Positions 7,284 to 15,632 of a stretch of DNA of 17,090 nucleotides are shown piece by piece. The notes under the pieces are model-generated. The model saw only the letters and a program-made list of their open reading frames with translations, searched no databases and was not told the DNA's origin. The first letter of the stretch is position 1. Every line of letters begins with the position of its first letter. Origin of the DNA: Okeania sp. (GTDB lineage Bacteria; Cyanobacteriota; Cyanobacteriia; Cyanobacteriales; Microcoleaceae); the NCBI RefSeq assembly GCF_035285525.1, contig NZ_JAYKGW010000089.1:1-17090 (forward strand). Direction: 5' to 3'. A program made the position numbers and the translations under genes.

Positions 7284-8582
7284 ATGATTAACGACATATT
7301 TATGCCTGCTCTAAGTTCCACTATGACCGAGGGAAAAATTGTTTCTTGGCAAAAATCCCCTGGTGATTGGGTAGAAAAAGGTGAAACCGTCTTAGTGGTA
7401 GAATCAGACAAAGCCGATATGGATGTAGAGTCCTTTTCCTCTGGATATTTGGCCACAATAGTTGTAGCCGCCGGAGATGTTGCTCCAGTAGGTTCAACCA
7501 TAGCTTTATTGGCCGAAACTGAAGCAGAAATTGAACAAGCTAAACAGCAGGGAGGAGCTACAGCAAAGCCAGAAACAACTTCTGATACTGCATCTAGCTC
7601 TGGAACTGCTGTTGCCACAGCTCCCGCTACTACAACAACAGAAGTCCAAGATAATTCCAGTCTTCGTAATGGCCGGGTTATTGCTTCTCCTCGTGCCCGG
7701 AAATTGGCCAAAGACTTGAAAGTAGATTTGAATACCCTCAAAGGTACTGGTCCTCATGGTCGTATTGTGGCAGAGGATGTGGAAAAAGCAGCGGGTCGTA
7801 CTCCGACGACCGTAGCTGTATCGGCAAAAACTGCTACTCCTGTCGTTCCTACTCAACCATCTATTCCCGCACCTCCGATACCATCTGCACCTCCGACCCC
7901 AGTAACTCCTGGTCAAGTTGTGCCAATGAATACTTTACAAAATGCAGTGGTACGGAATATGATGGCAAGTTTATCTGTACCTACATTCCACGTTGGTTAT
8001 ACGATCGCCACAGATAATTTAGATGGGTTATACAAACAGATTAAATCTAAGGGTGTCACCATGACTGCTATGTTAGCAAAAGCGGTAGCAATGACTTTAC
8101 AAAAACATCCTTTGCTAAATGCTGCTTATGTGGAACAGGGTATTCAGCATCCTGCCGGAATTAATATTTCTGTGGCCGTAGCAATGCCAGATGGTGGTTT
8201 AATTACACCAGTATTACAAAATGCGGACAAGATGGATATTTATTCTTTGTCTCGTACTTGGAAAACTTTAGTAGAAAAGGCGCGGGCAAAACAGTTACAA
8301 CCAGATGAATATAGTACGGGTACTTTTACTTTATCTAATTTGGGAATGTTTGGGGTAAATACGTTTGATGCTATTTTACCACCTGGTCAAGGTTCCATTT
8401 TAGCTATTGGTGCATCTCAACCTCAAGTAGTGGCAACTCCTGATGGGATGCTGGGAGTTAAGCGACAAATGCAGGTGAATATTACTTGTGACCATCGCAT
8501 TATTTATGGTGCTGATGCTGCTGCTTTCTTACAAGATTTGGCAAAGTTGATTGAAACTAATCCTCAGTCTTTAACTATGTAG
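7284..8582 (+). CDS. pdhC: Dihydrolipoamide acetyltransferase, E2 of pyruvate dehydrogenase (one lipoyl domain)
   Basis: It has a lipoyl domain (VVESDKADMDVES), Ala/Pro/Thr linkers, an E3-binding domain (ASPRARKLAKDLKVDLNTLKGTGPHGRIVAEDV) and a catalytic domain with DHRIIYGADAA. I prefer ATG 7284 (MINDIFMPALSSTM, AAGGAAAA 5 nt upstream) over the TTG at 7254 used in the ORF track. Confidence 0.92.
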   Translation: MINDIFMPALSSTMTEGKIVSWQKSPGDWVEKGETVLVVESDKADMDVESFSSGYLATIVVAAGDVAPVGSTIALLAETEAEIEQAKQQGGATAKPETTSDTASSSGTAVATAPATTTTEVQDNSSLRNGRVIASPRARKLAKDLKVDLNTLKGTGPHGRIVAEDVEKAAGRTPTTVAVSAKTATPVVPTQPSIPAPPIPSAPPTPVTPGQVVPMNTLQNAVVRNMMASLSVPTFHVGYTIATDNLDGLYKQIKSKGVTMTAMLAKAVAMTLQKHPLLNAAYVEQGIQHPAGINISVAVAMPDGGLITPVLQNADKMDIYSLSRTWKTLVEKARAKQLQPDEYSTGTFTLSNLGMFGVNTFDAILPPGQGSILAIGASQPQVVATPDGMLGVKRQMQVNITCDHRIIYGADAAAFLQDLAKLIETNPQSLTM

Positions 8583-8613
8583 TAGACTGACACATCTAAT
8601 GAGTGTGCATGGG

Positions 8614-9095
8614 GTAGGGGCGGGTTTGATCAGAGATTTTCATGCTTACTCTAAGATTTACAGGACTAAAGCCATGAACGCTATTGGTAGTGTATTGTTT
8701 CATCTAAAATGATGCAATAGGTAGGGGCGGGTTTGATCAGAAATTTTCATGCTTACTCTAGGATTTACATAAACCCGCCCCTGAGAGGTGGCTCAGATGA
8801 TATGGGGGGGGTTGATCTGAGAAACCCATGAAAACTCGTTAACTCACTTGTAAAACCCGCCCCTACAGTATCTTATCTAATGCACAGTTTTAGCTGAAAC
8901 ACTCCAGTAGGGTGTGTTAGCGGATATCGTAACGCACCAATACGCCATGTATAGTGCCTTTGCGCAAGTCCTAATTTACATAAACCTGCCCCTAAGACGG
9001 TGACTTATATTATGGGGGTGGGTTTAGCTGACAGAAGTATGAAAAATCCTTAACTTTCGTTGTGATTTTTCGGGAACCGTAACCCTCCCCTACAG
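8614..9095. repeat. Cluster of nested small dispersed hairpin repeats (GGGGCGGGTTT..AAACCCGCCCC family and others)
   Basis: The 62-bp hairpin element is intact at 8721-8782. A second copy is split into 8614-8661 and 8980-8993. Related units lie at ~8803-8874 and ~9008-9095. Confidence 0.85.
8662..8973 (+). mobile_element. MITE-like element (AGGACT..AGTCCTA ends) that itself carries a ~220-bp nested insertion
   Basis: It is flanked by ATTTAC at 8656-8661 and 8974-8979. It interrupts the hairpin repeat listed above. An uninterrupted 85-bp copy lies at 11645-11729 in reverse orientation. Confidence 0.7.
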
Positions 9096-9150
9096 AGTCT
9101 GATTCCCTAATGCACCATTTTAGGTGTGTCGATTCAGTAGTTTCTGTTAA

Positions 9151-9226
9151 AAGAAAACGGGTTTATTACCGTGATCTTGTTGTTATAACCACGAAATTTT
9201 CTTCATAAAGCGGGTTTCTATGTAAG
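9151..9226. repeat. 76-bp MITE-like repeat, copy 1
   Basis: AAGAAAACGGGTTTATTACCGTGATCTTGTT..GAAATTTTCTTCATAAA has inverted ends CGGGTTTAT / ATAAACCCG. A near-identical copy lies 213 nt downstream. Confidence 0.85.
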
Positions 9227-9363
9227 TCCTAATAATATCAAGCTTCTTCTTTCCTTTATTTTTCGCTGAAAATATTGTAGTGCGGTTATCTTGCCCGTAT
9301 GAGGTGTACTTCACAGGTAGTGGAAAGCGCTATAATATAAATGGGAGTTACGCAAACCAACCA

Positions 9364-9439
9364 AAGAAAACGGGTTTATTACCGTGATCTTGTTATTGTA
9401 ACCATGAAATTTTCTTCATAAACCCGGTCTCTGCGTAAT
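9364..9439. repeat. 76-bp MITE-like repeat, copy 2
   Basis: Direct repeat of 9151-9226 with a few substitutions. Confidence 0.85.
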
Positions 9440-9520
9440 ATCATGTCCGGTTAAATAGTTACACTTAATCCCCTCTTCCCTCCTTTGAAAGGGGGGATAC
9501 AGAAGGAAATATTAGTTCAC

Positions 9521-9580
9521 TTCTACCTTCTACCTTCTACCTTCTACCTTCTACCTTCTACCTTCTACCTTCTACCTTCT
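9521..9580. repeat. Heptamer array TTCTACC x8
   Basis: Direct reading. It ends 13 nt upstream of the ATG at 9594. Confidence 0.95.
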
Positions 9581-9593
9581 TAACTTTAAAATT

Positions 9594-10589
9594 ATGAAAG
9601 CAGTTTTAATGACATCTCCAGGGACGCCAGAAGTTTTACAAGTGCAGCAAGTTACTGACCCAATAATTGAAAATGATCGGGAAATATTAGTCAGTTTAAA
9701 AGCTGCTGGAGTAAATCCTATTGATACTAAGTTACGCACTCGTGGTACTCTTTACCCAGACCAAATGCCAGCTATTTTAGGATGTGATGGAGCTGGTATT
9801 GTCAAAGAAATTGGTAAAAATGTACAAAAGTTTCAAGTGGGAGATGAAGTTTATTTTTGTAATAGTGGTATTGGATTAACTTCAGGAAATTATGCCGAGT
9901 TAGCTGTTGTAGATGAAAGATTTGTCGCCAAAAAACCAACTTGTTTAAGCTTTGTTGAAGCTGCGGCTGCACCATTAATTTTAATTACTGCTTGGGAATC
10001 TTTATATGACAGAGGAAATTTACAACCAGGTAGAAAGGTTTTGATTCATGGTGGTGCTGGTGGTGTTGGTCATGTAGCTATACAGTTGGCAAAGTTACAA
10101 GGTGCTGAGGTTGCTACTACTATTAGTTCAGAAGAAAAAGCAGATTTTGTGAAAAAATTAGGTGCAGATTTAACGATTTTTAAGGATACTAATTTTGTCG
10201 AAACTATTTTAGATTGGACTGATGGAGAAGGGGTAGATTTAGCTTTTGATACTATTGGCGGAAAAGTTTTTTATGACACTATTCCAGCCGTGAAAGTTTA
10301 TGGTGATTTAGTAACAATTTTAGAGCCAAATTATAGCTTGGGAAATTTGAAAATTGCTAGGCAAAGAAATCTCAGAATAAGTTTAGAATTAATGTTAACT
10401 CCAATGATGAAAGGATTGACTGAAGCTCAAGAAGATCAAGCTAAAATTTTGCAGCAATGTGGGCGGTTATTTGAACAAGGAAAACTTAAGATTTCTGTGA
10501 ATAAAACTTTTGCTTTGGATGATGCCATAGAAGCACATCGAATGTTAGAGGGAGGTTCGATGATTGGTAAGATTGTTTTGACTATTTAG
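9594..10589 (+). CDS. Zinc-type alcohol dehydrogenase / NADPH:quinone oxidoreductase (MDR superfamily)
   Basis: 331-aa ORF. A GroES-like N-terminus (LVSLKAAGVNPIDTKLR) is followed by a Rossmann motif (LIHGGAGGVGHVAIQLAK) and the C-terminal GKIVL typical of the family. Confidence 0.88.
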   Translation: MKAVLMTSPGTPEVLQVQQVTDPIIENDREILVSLKAAGVNPIDTKLRTRGTLYPDQMPAILGCDGAGIVKEIGKNVQKFQVGDEVYFCNSGIGLTSGNYAELAVVDERFVAKKPTCLSFVEAAAAPLILITAWESLYDRGNLQPGRKVLIHGGAGGVGHVAIQLAKLQGAEVATTISSEEKADFVKKLGADLTIFKDTNFVETILDWTDGEGVDLAFDTIGGKVFYDTIPAVKVYGDLVTILEPNYSLGNLKIARQRNLRISLELMLTPMMKGLTEAQEDQAKILQQCGRLFEQGKLKISVNKTFALDDAIEAHRMLEGGSMIGKIVLTI

Positions 10590-10763
10590 GGCTTGTTGAT
10601 GAAATATCAAAATTTTGACGAGCTTAAGGTTTGACCATTTTCAGATACTAATAAAGTACCAGCTTTTAGGTAGTAATGCTTCAAAAATCTAGGATTTTTG
10701 GCAACATAAGGGTAGAAAATTCAGGAACGATTTTTCTGATTACTTCTTCTGTAATGACTATTC

Positions 10764-10798
10764 CTTCTGGATTCTGGATTCTGGCTTCTGGCTTCTAG
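10764..10798. repeat. Heptamer array (C/A)TTCTGG x5
   Basis: Direct reading. Confidence 0.9.
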
Positions 10799-10864
10799 CT
10801 CTACCACTGATACTTTTTCAGCAAACCCTATTTAGGGTTTGCGCTTCTTCAGTCTTTTTTTAGG

Positions 10865-10918
10865 GTAGGGACGTTGCATAGTCCCTACGGGAGCGGGGGA
10901 GTAGGGGAGTAGAGAAGC
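10865..10918. repeat. Hairpin GTAGGGAC-N8-GTCCCTAC followed by a short GGGGAGTA array
   Basis: Direct reading. It is the same family as 5741-5820. Confidence 0.8.
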
Positions 10919-10997
10919 AGGAAAGTAATTTTTTTTTGCCCAACGATGAGCCGAAGATGGTAAATTTTTGATTTTTCAGGAACCGTGCATTAAGCAG

Positions 10998-11082
10998 CTC
11001 AAAAATAGGTACTTTTTCCCTACCTAAAAAGGCTAAAAATTTTATCTGTCAATACTTTCATATTTCCATACGCAAGCCCTAA
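10998..11082. repeat. Dispersed ~80-bp repeat, copy 2
   Basis: It aligns with 5961-6042 and 13721-13818. It abuts and apparently truncates the PIN-domain remnant. Confidence 0.75.
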
Positions 11083-11218
11083 ATAAGGAACTTCAGCTAA
11101 CACAATATGTGACAATAAAATTTGTTGTTGCTGCCGATAAACTTCTGCTACTTCAATCAATATGTCTAGCATTAGTTATATTCATCAAAGCTACCACAAA
11201 ACCAGTATCTACTACACA
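11083..11218 (-). pseudogene. VapC-like PIN-domain toxin remnant (frameshifted and 3'-truncated)
   Basis: Minus-strand translation gives VVDTGFVVALMNITNARHID, then a stop at 11155-11153. The adjacent frame continues EVAEVYRQQQQILLSHIVLAEVPYL and runs into the dispersed repeat. Only ~45 of the ~130 expected codons remain. Confidence 0.55.
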
Positions 11219-11415
11219 GAGACCTCTTGTAAAATATCCTCAGAATTAGTAGCTAAATCTGGGGAACCAGCAAATAAACCAATCAAAGAATCGCCCTCAG
11301 AATAGTCATTTAGATTGCCTGATTCTAAATTGAGTTATTGTTCAAAATTAGAAGCTTCTGTTAATTTTCGCATTTGAACCACGATTTTTTCTAATAACCA
11401 TATTTTCTCCTCCAT
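11212..11415 (-). pseudogene. Antitoxin-like gene with an in-frame premature TAA (codon 27)
   Basis: The minus strand reads MEEKIWLLEKIVVQMRKLTEASNFEQ*LNLESGNLNDYSEGDSLIGLFAGSPDLATNSEDILQEVSV*. The stop overlaps the start region of the PIN remnant (GTGTAGTAGAT), a typical TA arrangement. Confidence 0.5.
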
Positions 11416-11644
11416 AGATAAGTTATTAATTGCATTTTCTAGTTATAGTAATTTGGACGAAACCATTGGCAATAGAATTAGATTAACGAAAGGGATTATA
11501 ACACAACTGATGTTAATTTAGTTGGTAGCGTTCCATAGAAAAATACTTTTGAAAATGTCGTAATAGACTATGGAAAAGAGTCAGTAGAAAACAAAAAAAT
11601 TGACTCTATTTTCAACTATACTATTTAGGGCTGGTTGATTAAAT

Positions 11645-11729
11645 TAGGACTTACGCAAAGGGACTATATATAGGGTATCGGTGCGTGACACTGACGTTAA
11701 CTACTAATAGCGTTCATGGCTTTAGTCCT
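11645..11729 (-). mobile_element. Intact 85-bp MITE-like element (AGGACT..AGTCCTA ends)
   Basis: It is the reverse complement of the two halves found at 8662-8690 and 8907-8973. It is flanked by TTAAAT (11639-11644) and GTAAAT (11730-11735), which read ATTTAC/ATTTAA in the element orientation. Confidence 0.7.
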
Positions 11730-11746
11730 GTAAATATAAAAGTCTT

Positions 11747-12184
11747 TTAAGGCAAATATTTCTGTACAACGCTCCAACCTGTCAAAGACACTGTGGCAAA
11801 ACTAAATAATAGAATAATATTCGTAGTAATATGGAGCGATCGCGCCCATTTTTGTTTACTATTAATCTGAGTTGCACTCCAAGCGGAAACTAATACCAAA
11901 GTCACCACTGTTAAACCAGCAGGTAAATGAGCAGAATGACCCAAGTTACCATAATAACCAATAGTTCCCATTAAACCAATTGCCAGTAACAAAATCACTA
12001 AAAATACCATTATTCCCCCAATAATATAATGAAAAGGTCGCAACCATTGGGGGCGTTTTTGTTTATTATGGCGAACAAAAAACATCCAACTACCACTTAG
12101 AGCTAATAATGAGTAAGCAAATAGGGAAAGACCCATAGACCAAGCTGCTATTTTCCACAGCCACAGAAAAGAAGGTAAGTTCAT
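11747..12184 (-). CDS. Small integral membrane protein, 4 predicted TM helices (possibly the DUF4079 family)
   Basis: 145-aa ORF with four hydrophobic stretches and conserved-looking His residues (RPFHYIIGG, HSAHLPAG). The family name is from memory only. Confidence 0.6.
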   Translation of the reverse strand: MNLPSFLWLWKIAAWSMGLSLFAYSLLALSGSWMFFVRHNKQKRPQWLRPFHYIIGGIMVFLVILLLAIGLMGTIGYYGNLGHSAHLPAGLTVVTLVLVSAWSATQINSKQKWARSLHITTNIILLFSFATVSLTGWSVVQKYLP

Positions 12185-12189
12185 ATAAT

Positions 12190-12273
12190 TAGGGAGTAGG
12201 GAGTAGGGAGTAGGGAGTAGGGAGTAGGGAGTAGGGAGTAGGGAGTAGGGAGTAGAGAGTAGAGAGTAGAGAG
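12190..12273. repeat. Heptamer array TAGGGAG x9 then TAGAGAG x3
   Basis: Direct reading. It starts 6 nt upstream of the ATG (12184, minus strand) of the membrane protein gene. Confidence 0.95.
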
Positions 12274-12438
12274 TAAGAAATAGAATAGCAGTTAAAGATA
12301 GGTATAGAGCATTAGCCTTTCTCAGGCTATCTTTAGCTTATGAAAAATATTCTTTTTGCCCAAACGCCAACCTATTTACCGAAAAGCTAAGGTATAAAGC
12401 CTCTCCATTCATCGAGAAAAAAGAAAAAAAGTTCCTTT

Positions 12439-12517
12439 TAGTCAATCCTCTTTTTGATAAGAAGAGGTAATTATTAATTATTAATTATTCATTATTCATT
12501 ATTCATTATTCATTATT
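12439..12517 (-). repeat. Heptamer array (AATTATT x3, CATTATT x4) plus a degenerate relic of the 143-bp element seen at 15324 and 15633
   Basis: The minus strand reads AATAATTAATAATTAATAATTACCTCTTCttatcaaAAGAGGATTGACTA. It shares the leader, hairpin and ATTGACTA with the 143-bp repeat but lacks the ATG and sORF. It lies immediately downstream of the rhomboid stop. Confidence 0.7.
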
Positions 12518-12520
12518 AAA

Positions 12521-13096
12521 TTATCTATTTCTTTTGCTTTTTCCCAAAAGTTGAGCTGCCAATATTCCACCTAGAAAACCAAATAAATGTGCTTCCCAAG
12601 ATACATCAGGATCGGAAGGCAAAATACCCCAAATTAAACCACTGTAGAGAAAACCAGCAGTTAAGGCGAATATAACTGATAAAATGCTAAAATCAAATAT
12701 ACTTCGGAGTAATAAAAAACCAAAATAGCCAAAAATTAAACCACTAGCACCGATATGAATAGAACCTGGAGAACCAAAAAACCAAATACCTAAACCACTA
12801 ACAATTATAGTTACAATACTCACAAAGAAAAAATCACGAAATCCTCGTAACATGATTAGCCAAGCTAAAGTGATTAGTGGCACAATATTAGCTATTAAGT
12901 GAGTATAACTACCATGCAAAAATGGGGCGAAAAAAATATTAGTAATTCCCATAGAAGTATGAGGATGAATCCCACCGTAATAATTTAATCTTCCGGCTAA
13001 AAATTCGGCATTAAGAATTTGCACAATCCAAAGAATAGCAACAATACTTCCTAAAATTTTTACTTGGATATTCAGTTTTTCTAATAGTTTATTCAT
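12521..13096 (-). CDS. Rhomboid-family intramembrane serine protease
   Basis: 191-aa polytopic ORF with the catalytic GASGLIFG motif, a downstream AHLFGFLGG His, and HGSYTHLIANI (the HxxxxHxxxN-like motif). Confidence 0.88.
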   Translation of the reverse strand: MNKLLEKLNIQVKILGSIVAILWIVQILNAEFLAGRLNYYGGIHPHTSMGITNIFFAPFLHGSYTHLIANIVPLITLAWLIMLRGFRDFFFVSIVTIIVSGLGIWFFGSPGSIHIGASGLIFGYFGFLLLRSIFDFSILSVIFALTAGFLYSGLIWGILPSDPDVSWEAHLFGFLGGILAAQLLGKSKRNR

Positions 13097-13445
13097 TGGT
13101 TTTAAATTATAGTTGGTGTATTTTTACTATTTTAAACTATTATAGGAACCGTAAATAGGTTGTAATATTTATAAATGCGGGGTTTGGTCTCCAAATCCCT
13201 CTTGGGACTGCTACAACTAAAGCCACACATTTCCGCAATAAACTAATATCGTTCTAATTTTTAAGAGTTAATAATCTACATTGCACAGACTTTGACTATA
13301 GAATCTCTAATCAAAGCACTGGCATTTAAGCTACTGAGGTACGGTTCCCGAAAAATCAAAATTTGAGCATTTTTGGCTGACTATGATAGAAAAATCACTC
13401 TTACTTTTTTTTCGGCCAACTCCTCTGTAAATCTTATAGCAATGC

Positions 13446-13584
13446 ATGAGGATGGTGAGGTATACTTAACACCTACTACAGTTCAGCCTTTGTTTGCTAT
13501 AACAACCACCGAAGGTTGTGTTACTAAAATTACTAAATAAAATTTTGTACCTCACGCCCCTCCGAAATTGCTGTAACTACTTCT
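13446..13584. repeat. 139-bp MITE-like element with ~27-nt imperfect terminal inverted repeats
   Basis: The left arm ATAGCAATGCATGAGGATGGTGAGGTA matches the reverse complement of the right arm (ACAGCAATTTCGGAGGGGCGTGAGGTA) at about 20 of 27 positions. An internal hairpin is AACAACC..GGTTGT. Confidence 0.6.
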
Positions 13585-13720
13585 TACCTGAACAAAAAGA
13601 TTTTCCGTAAGCAAAACCTAAGTAGGGTTGGCTGAAAAAGTCTGCTAGTGAAGTAAGGGAACACTTATAAATTTTCTGATAATCAGAGTCAAAATTCTAC
13701 CATTTTGAGACAACAACAGC

Positions 13721-13818
13721 CAAAAAGTCCGTACTTTTACGGTTCCCGATCAATCAGGACTTAAAAAGGCTAAAATCTTTATCTATTAATACTTTTATAC
13801 TTAATCAGCAAGCCCTAA
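13721..13818. repeat. Dispersed ~80-bp repeat, copy 3 (with an inserted ACGGTTCCCGA motif)
   Basis: It aligns with 5961-6042 and 10998-11082. Confidence 0.75.
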
Positions 13819-13948
13819 GTACCAAAACTGCATAGATTTCTCACATTTAACTTGATATAGAAATAAGGGGAATTTTCGCCTATGTCCATTTTGAGATTTA
13901 GGACAAATTCTTGATGTGTACCAAAAAAGGGGGTCAGAAATAACAACT

Positions 13949-15304
13949 ATGACTGCTACATCTCAATATTGGAACTTTATCGGGGTTGGGACTAATGGAG
14001 GCCGTCGCATTCAAGAAATTGAAAATGCCAAAAATTTCTTGCTGGAGCAGTTTCCAGAAGTGGCCAACTTATCACAAGTGTCCAAAGAGCAAGAGATAGA
14101 AATTGAAAACTATCTAATCGAAAGATGGCAAACTTCTTCTCAAGCTGAACTTTGTTTACGTTGCTTTATCTCTAATAAAATTTGGGAGTATTGCTTGTCT
14201 TTGGAAAAGCAATTTCGAGGAAAATATCGTATTACCTGTAATGACTTATCTCCTATCTTGCTTGATGATGCGATCGCTACCAATAAAACCAGTAGTTATC
14301 AATCTTTAGCTACGGAAATTTTGACAACATATCAACTTAATAAAAAAGGTAGTTTATCAATTTGGATAAGTTGGATGATCAAATGTCATCACCCACTGAA
14401 GGATTTTTTGCTCCAATATAATGTTTATCTAGCTACAGATTGGGGAATTTTAAATAGAGCAACTTCTAGTGAATTAAAACATTTAGGGTTAGCATTGGCA
14501 GAACTTCAGCAAGATAAAATTTTATTGGAAAATTATCATGCTGTTTATCGTCAAGACCGTTTACGAACTAAAATCAGAGGTAAATGTCAAGAACCGACAT
14601 TAGAGCAACTACAAAGAATTGCTAAAATATCGTCGAATACTCAGAATTTATCTCCTGAAAATGTTCGGAAAAGACTCCAAAATATTGCTCAAAATTTACG
14701 GGAATATAGAATTGCCATAAAAGTAGGTTTGCCACCTGTTGAAAATATCGAAAATCCGGAAATCAACCAGACAATTGAACAAATTCCTGACCCCAATTTT
14801 GAGCATAATGAACAGCAAGCTTTTTTGCAGGATTATACCCGAATAATTCAGAATTGTTTACATAAGTCTGTGGCAAAAGTTATTCAGAATCGTGTTATTC
14901 AATTCGAGAAAATAACACCATCTAAACATAAAGATTTCTTGACTGCATTGAAGTTGTTTTATCAAGGTTTTAAAATGGGAGAAATTGCTCATCAAATTGG
15001 CCATAAAAAACAGTATCAAGTTAGTCGTTTACTTAAATTAAAGGAACTCCGGGAGGATGTTGGTCAAGAGATTATTGTAGATTTAAAGCCACAAGTAAAA
15101 GAATTAGCAAAATACTACACTAGCTCGGAAAACCTGCAGATTTTAGAACAACAATTAAATGAAATATTAAATGAAGAAGTAGATAAAATAATTAAGAATG
15201 CTAAAACAGAATCTGCTGGTAGAAAGGCGAAAAATGCTCAATTTAATAGTTTATTTGCTGATGCTATTCGTAAATATTTGAATAGAATAGAAAGTTATAA
15301 TTAG
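13949..15304 (+). CDS. Long divergent sigma-70-like / HTH protein of unknown function
   Basis: The ORF is open from GTG 13916, and I favour ATG 13949 (MTATSQYW). A region-2-like segment is AELCLRCFISNKIWEYCLSLEKQF..DLSPILLDDA. A region-4.2-like HTH is LKLFYQGFKMGEIAHQIGHKKQYQVSRLLKLKELRE. At ~450 aa it is far longer than ECF sigmas. The assignment is by eye only. Confidence 0.55.
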   Translation: MTATSQYWNFIGVGTNGGRRIQEIENAKNFLLEQFPEVANLSQVSKEQEIEIENYLIERWQTSSQAELCLRCFISNKIWEYCLSLEKQFRGKYRITCNDLSPILLDDAIATNKTSSYQSLATEILTTYQLNKKGSLSIWISWMIKCHHPLKDFLLQYNVYLATDWGILNRATSSELKHLGLALAELQQDKILLENYHAVYRQDRLRTKIRGKCQEPTLEQLQRIAKISSNTQNLSPENVRKRLQNIAQNLREYRIAIKVGLPPVENIENPEINQTIEQIPDPNFEHNEQQAFLQDYTRIIQNCLHKSVAKVIQNRVIQFEKITPSKHKDFLTALKLFYQGFKMGEIAHQIGHKKQYQVSRLLKLKELREDVGQEIIVDLKPQVKELAKYYTSSENLQILEQQLNEILNEEVDKIIKNAKTESAGRKAKNAQFNSLFADAIRKYLNRIESYN

Positions 15305-15323
15305 CAAGCAAAACATTGTTCAG

Positions 15324-15466
15324 CAATTAATAATTAATAATTACCTCTTCTTTAAAGAAGGAGATTGACTAATCATGAAAATTTTTGATTTATCGCGAAT
15401 CCTTCCCAAGACTTCCAGGCGCGAATTGTTGAATGAATAATTATTGACTATCAACTCTTAATTATT
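15324..15466 (+). repeat. 143-bp direct repeat, copy 1
   Basis: It is identical to 15633-15775 (offset 309) except at 5 positions (15397, 15406-15407, 15411-15412). It contains the palindrome CTTCTTTAAAGAAG, AAGGAG, a 21-codon ORF and two ATTGACTA motifs. Confidence 0.95.
15375..15440 (+). CDS. Hypothetical 21-aa sORF inside repeat copy 1 (MKIFDLSRILPKTSRRELLNE)
   Basis: ATG preceded by AAGGAG (11-nt spacer), with a TAA stop. There is no homology evidence. Confidence 0.2.
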   Translation: MKIFDLSRILPKTSRRELLNE

Positions 15467-15632
15467 CAGTAAGCATTCAGCATTCCGCAAAGCTGATATT
15501 CATTTAAGCCATGTTAAAGTTTAGATAAGATTTGCTGACTGTTGATAGCTAAAAGCTGAAGGCTTACATTAAAACTTTTTCTTTCTTTGTCTGACTAAAA
15601 AACTGCAACTTCTATTTTTTTTGTAAAATGAA

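Noticed and set aside
10551-10560. GGTTCGA, a tRNA T-arm-like string.
   Set aside because: It lies inside the oxidoreductase CDS and no cloverleaf can be drawn around it. No tRNA is detectable anywhere in the window.
10581-11644. 25-27-nt direct repeat (ACTATTTAGGGCT[T/G]GTTGAT[G/T]AAAT) flanking the 1-kb segment that carries the vapBC remnant. It could be att sites or a target duplication of an inserted cassette.
   Set aside because: The repeated sequence is the reverse complement of the terminal motif of a dispersed repeat family present at least five more times in the window. The flanking arrangement is therefore not distinguishable from chance placement of that repeat.
13169-13203. Hairpin GGGGTTTGG-TCT-CCAAATCCC as a possible terminator.
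   Set aside because: No U-tract follows on either strand. It lies upstream of the rhomboid start rather than downstream of any gene.
13916-13948. GTG start for the sigma-like ORF.
   Set aside because: It cannot be excluded, but there is no Shine-Dalgarno and it is a non-ATG codon. ATG 13949 is reported instead. The choice needs homologue alignment.
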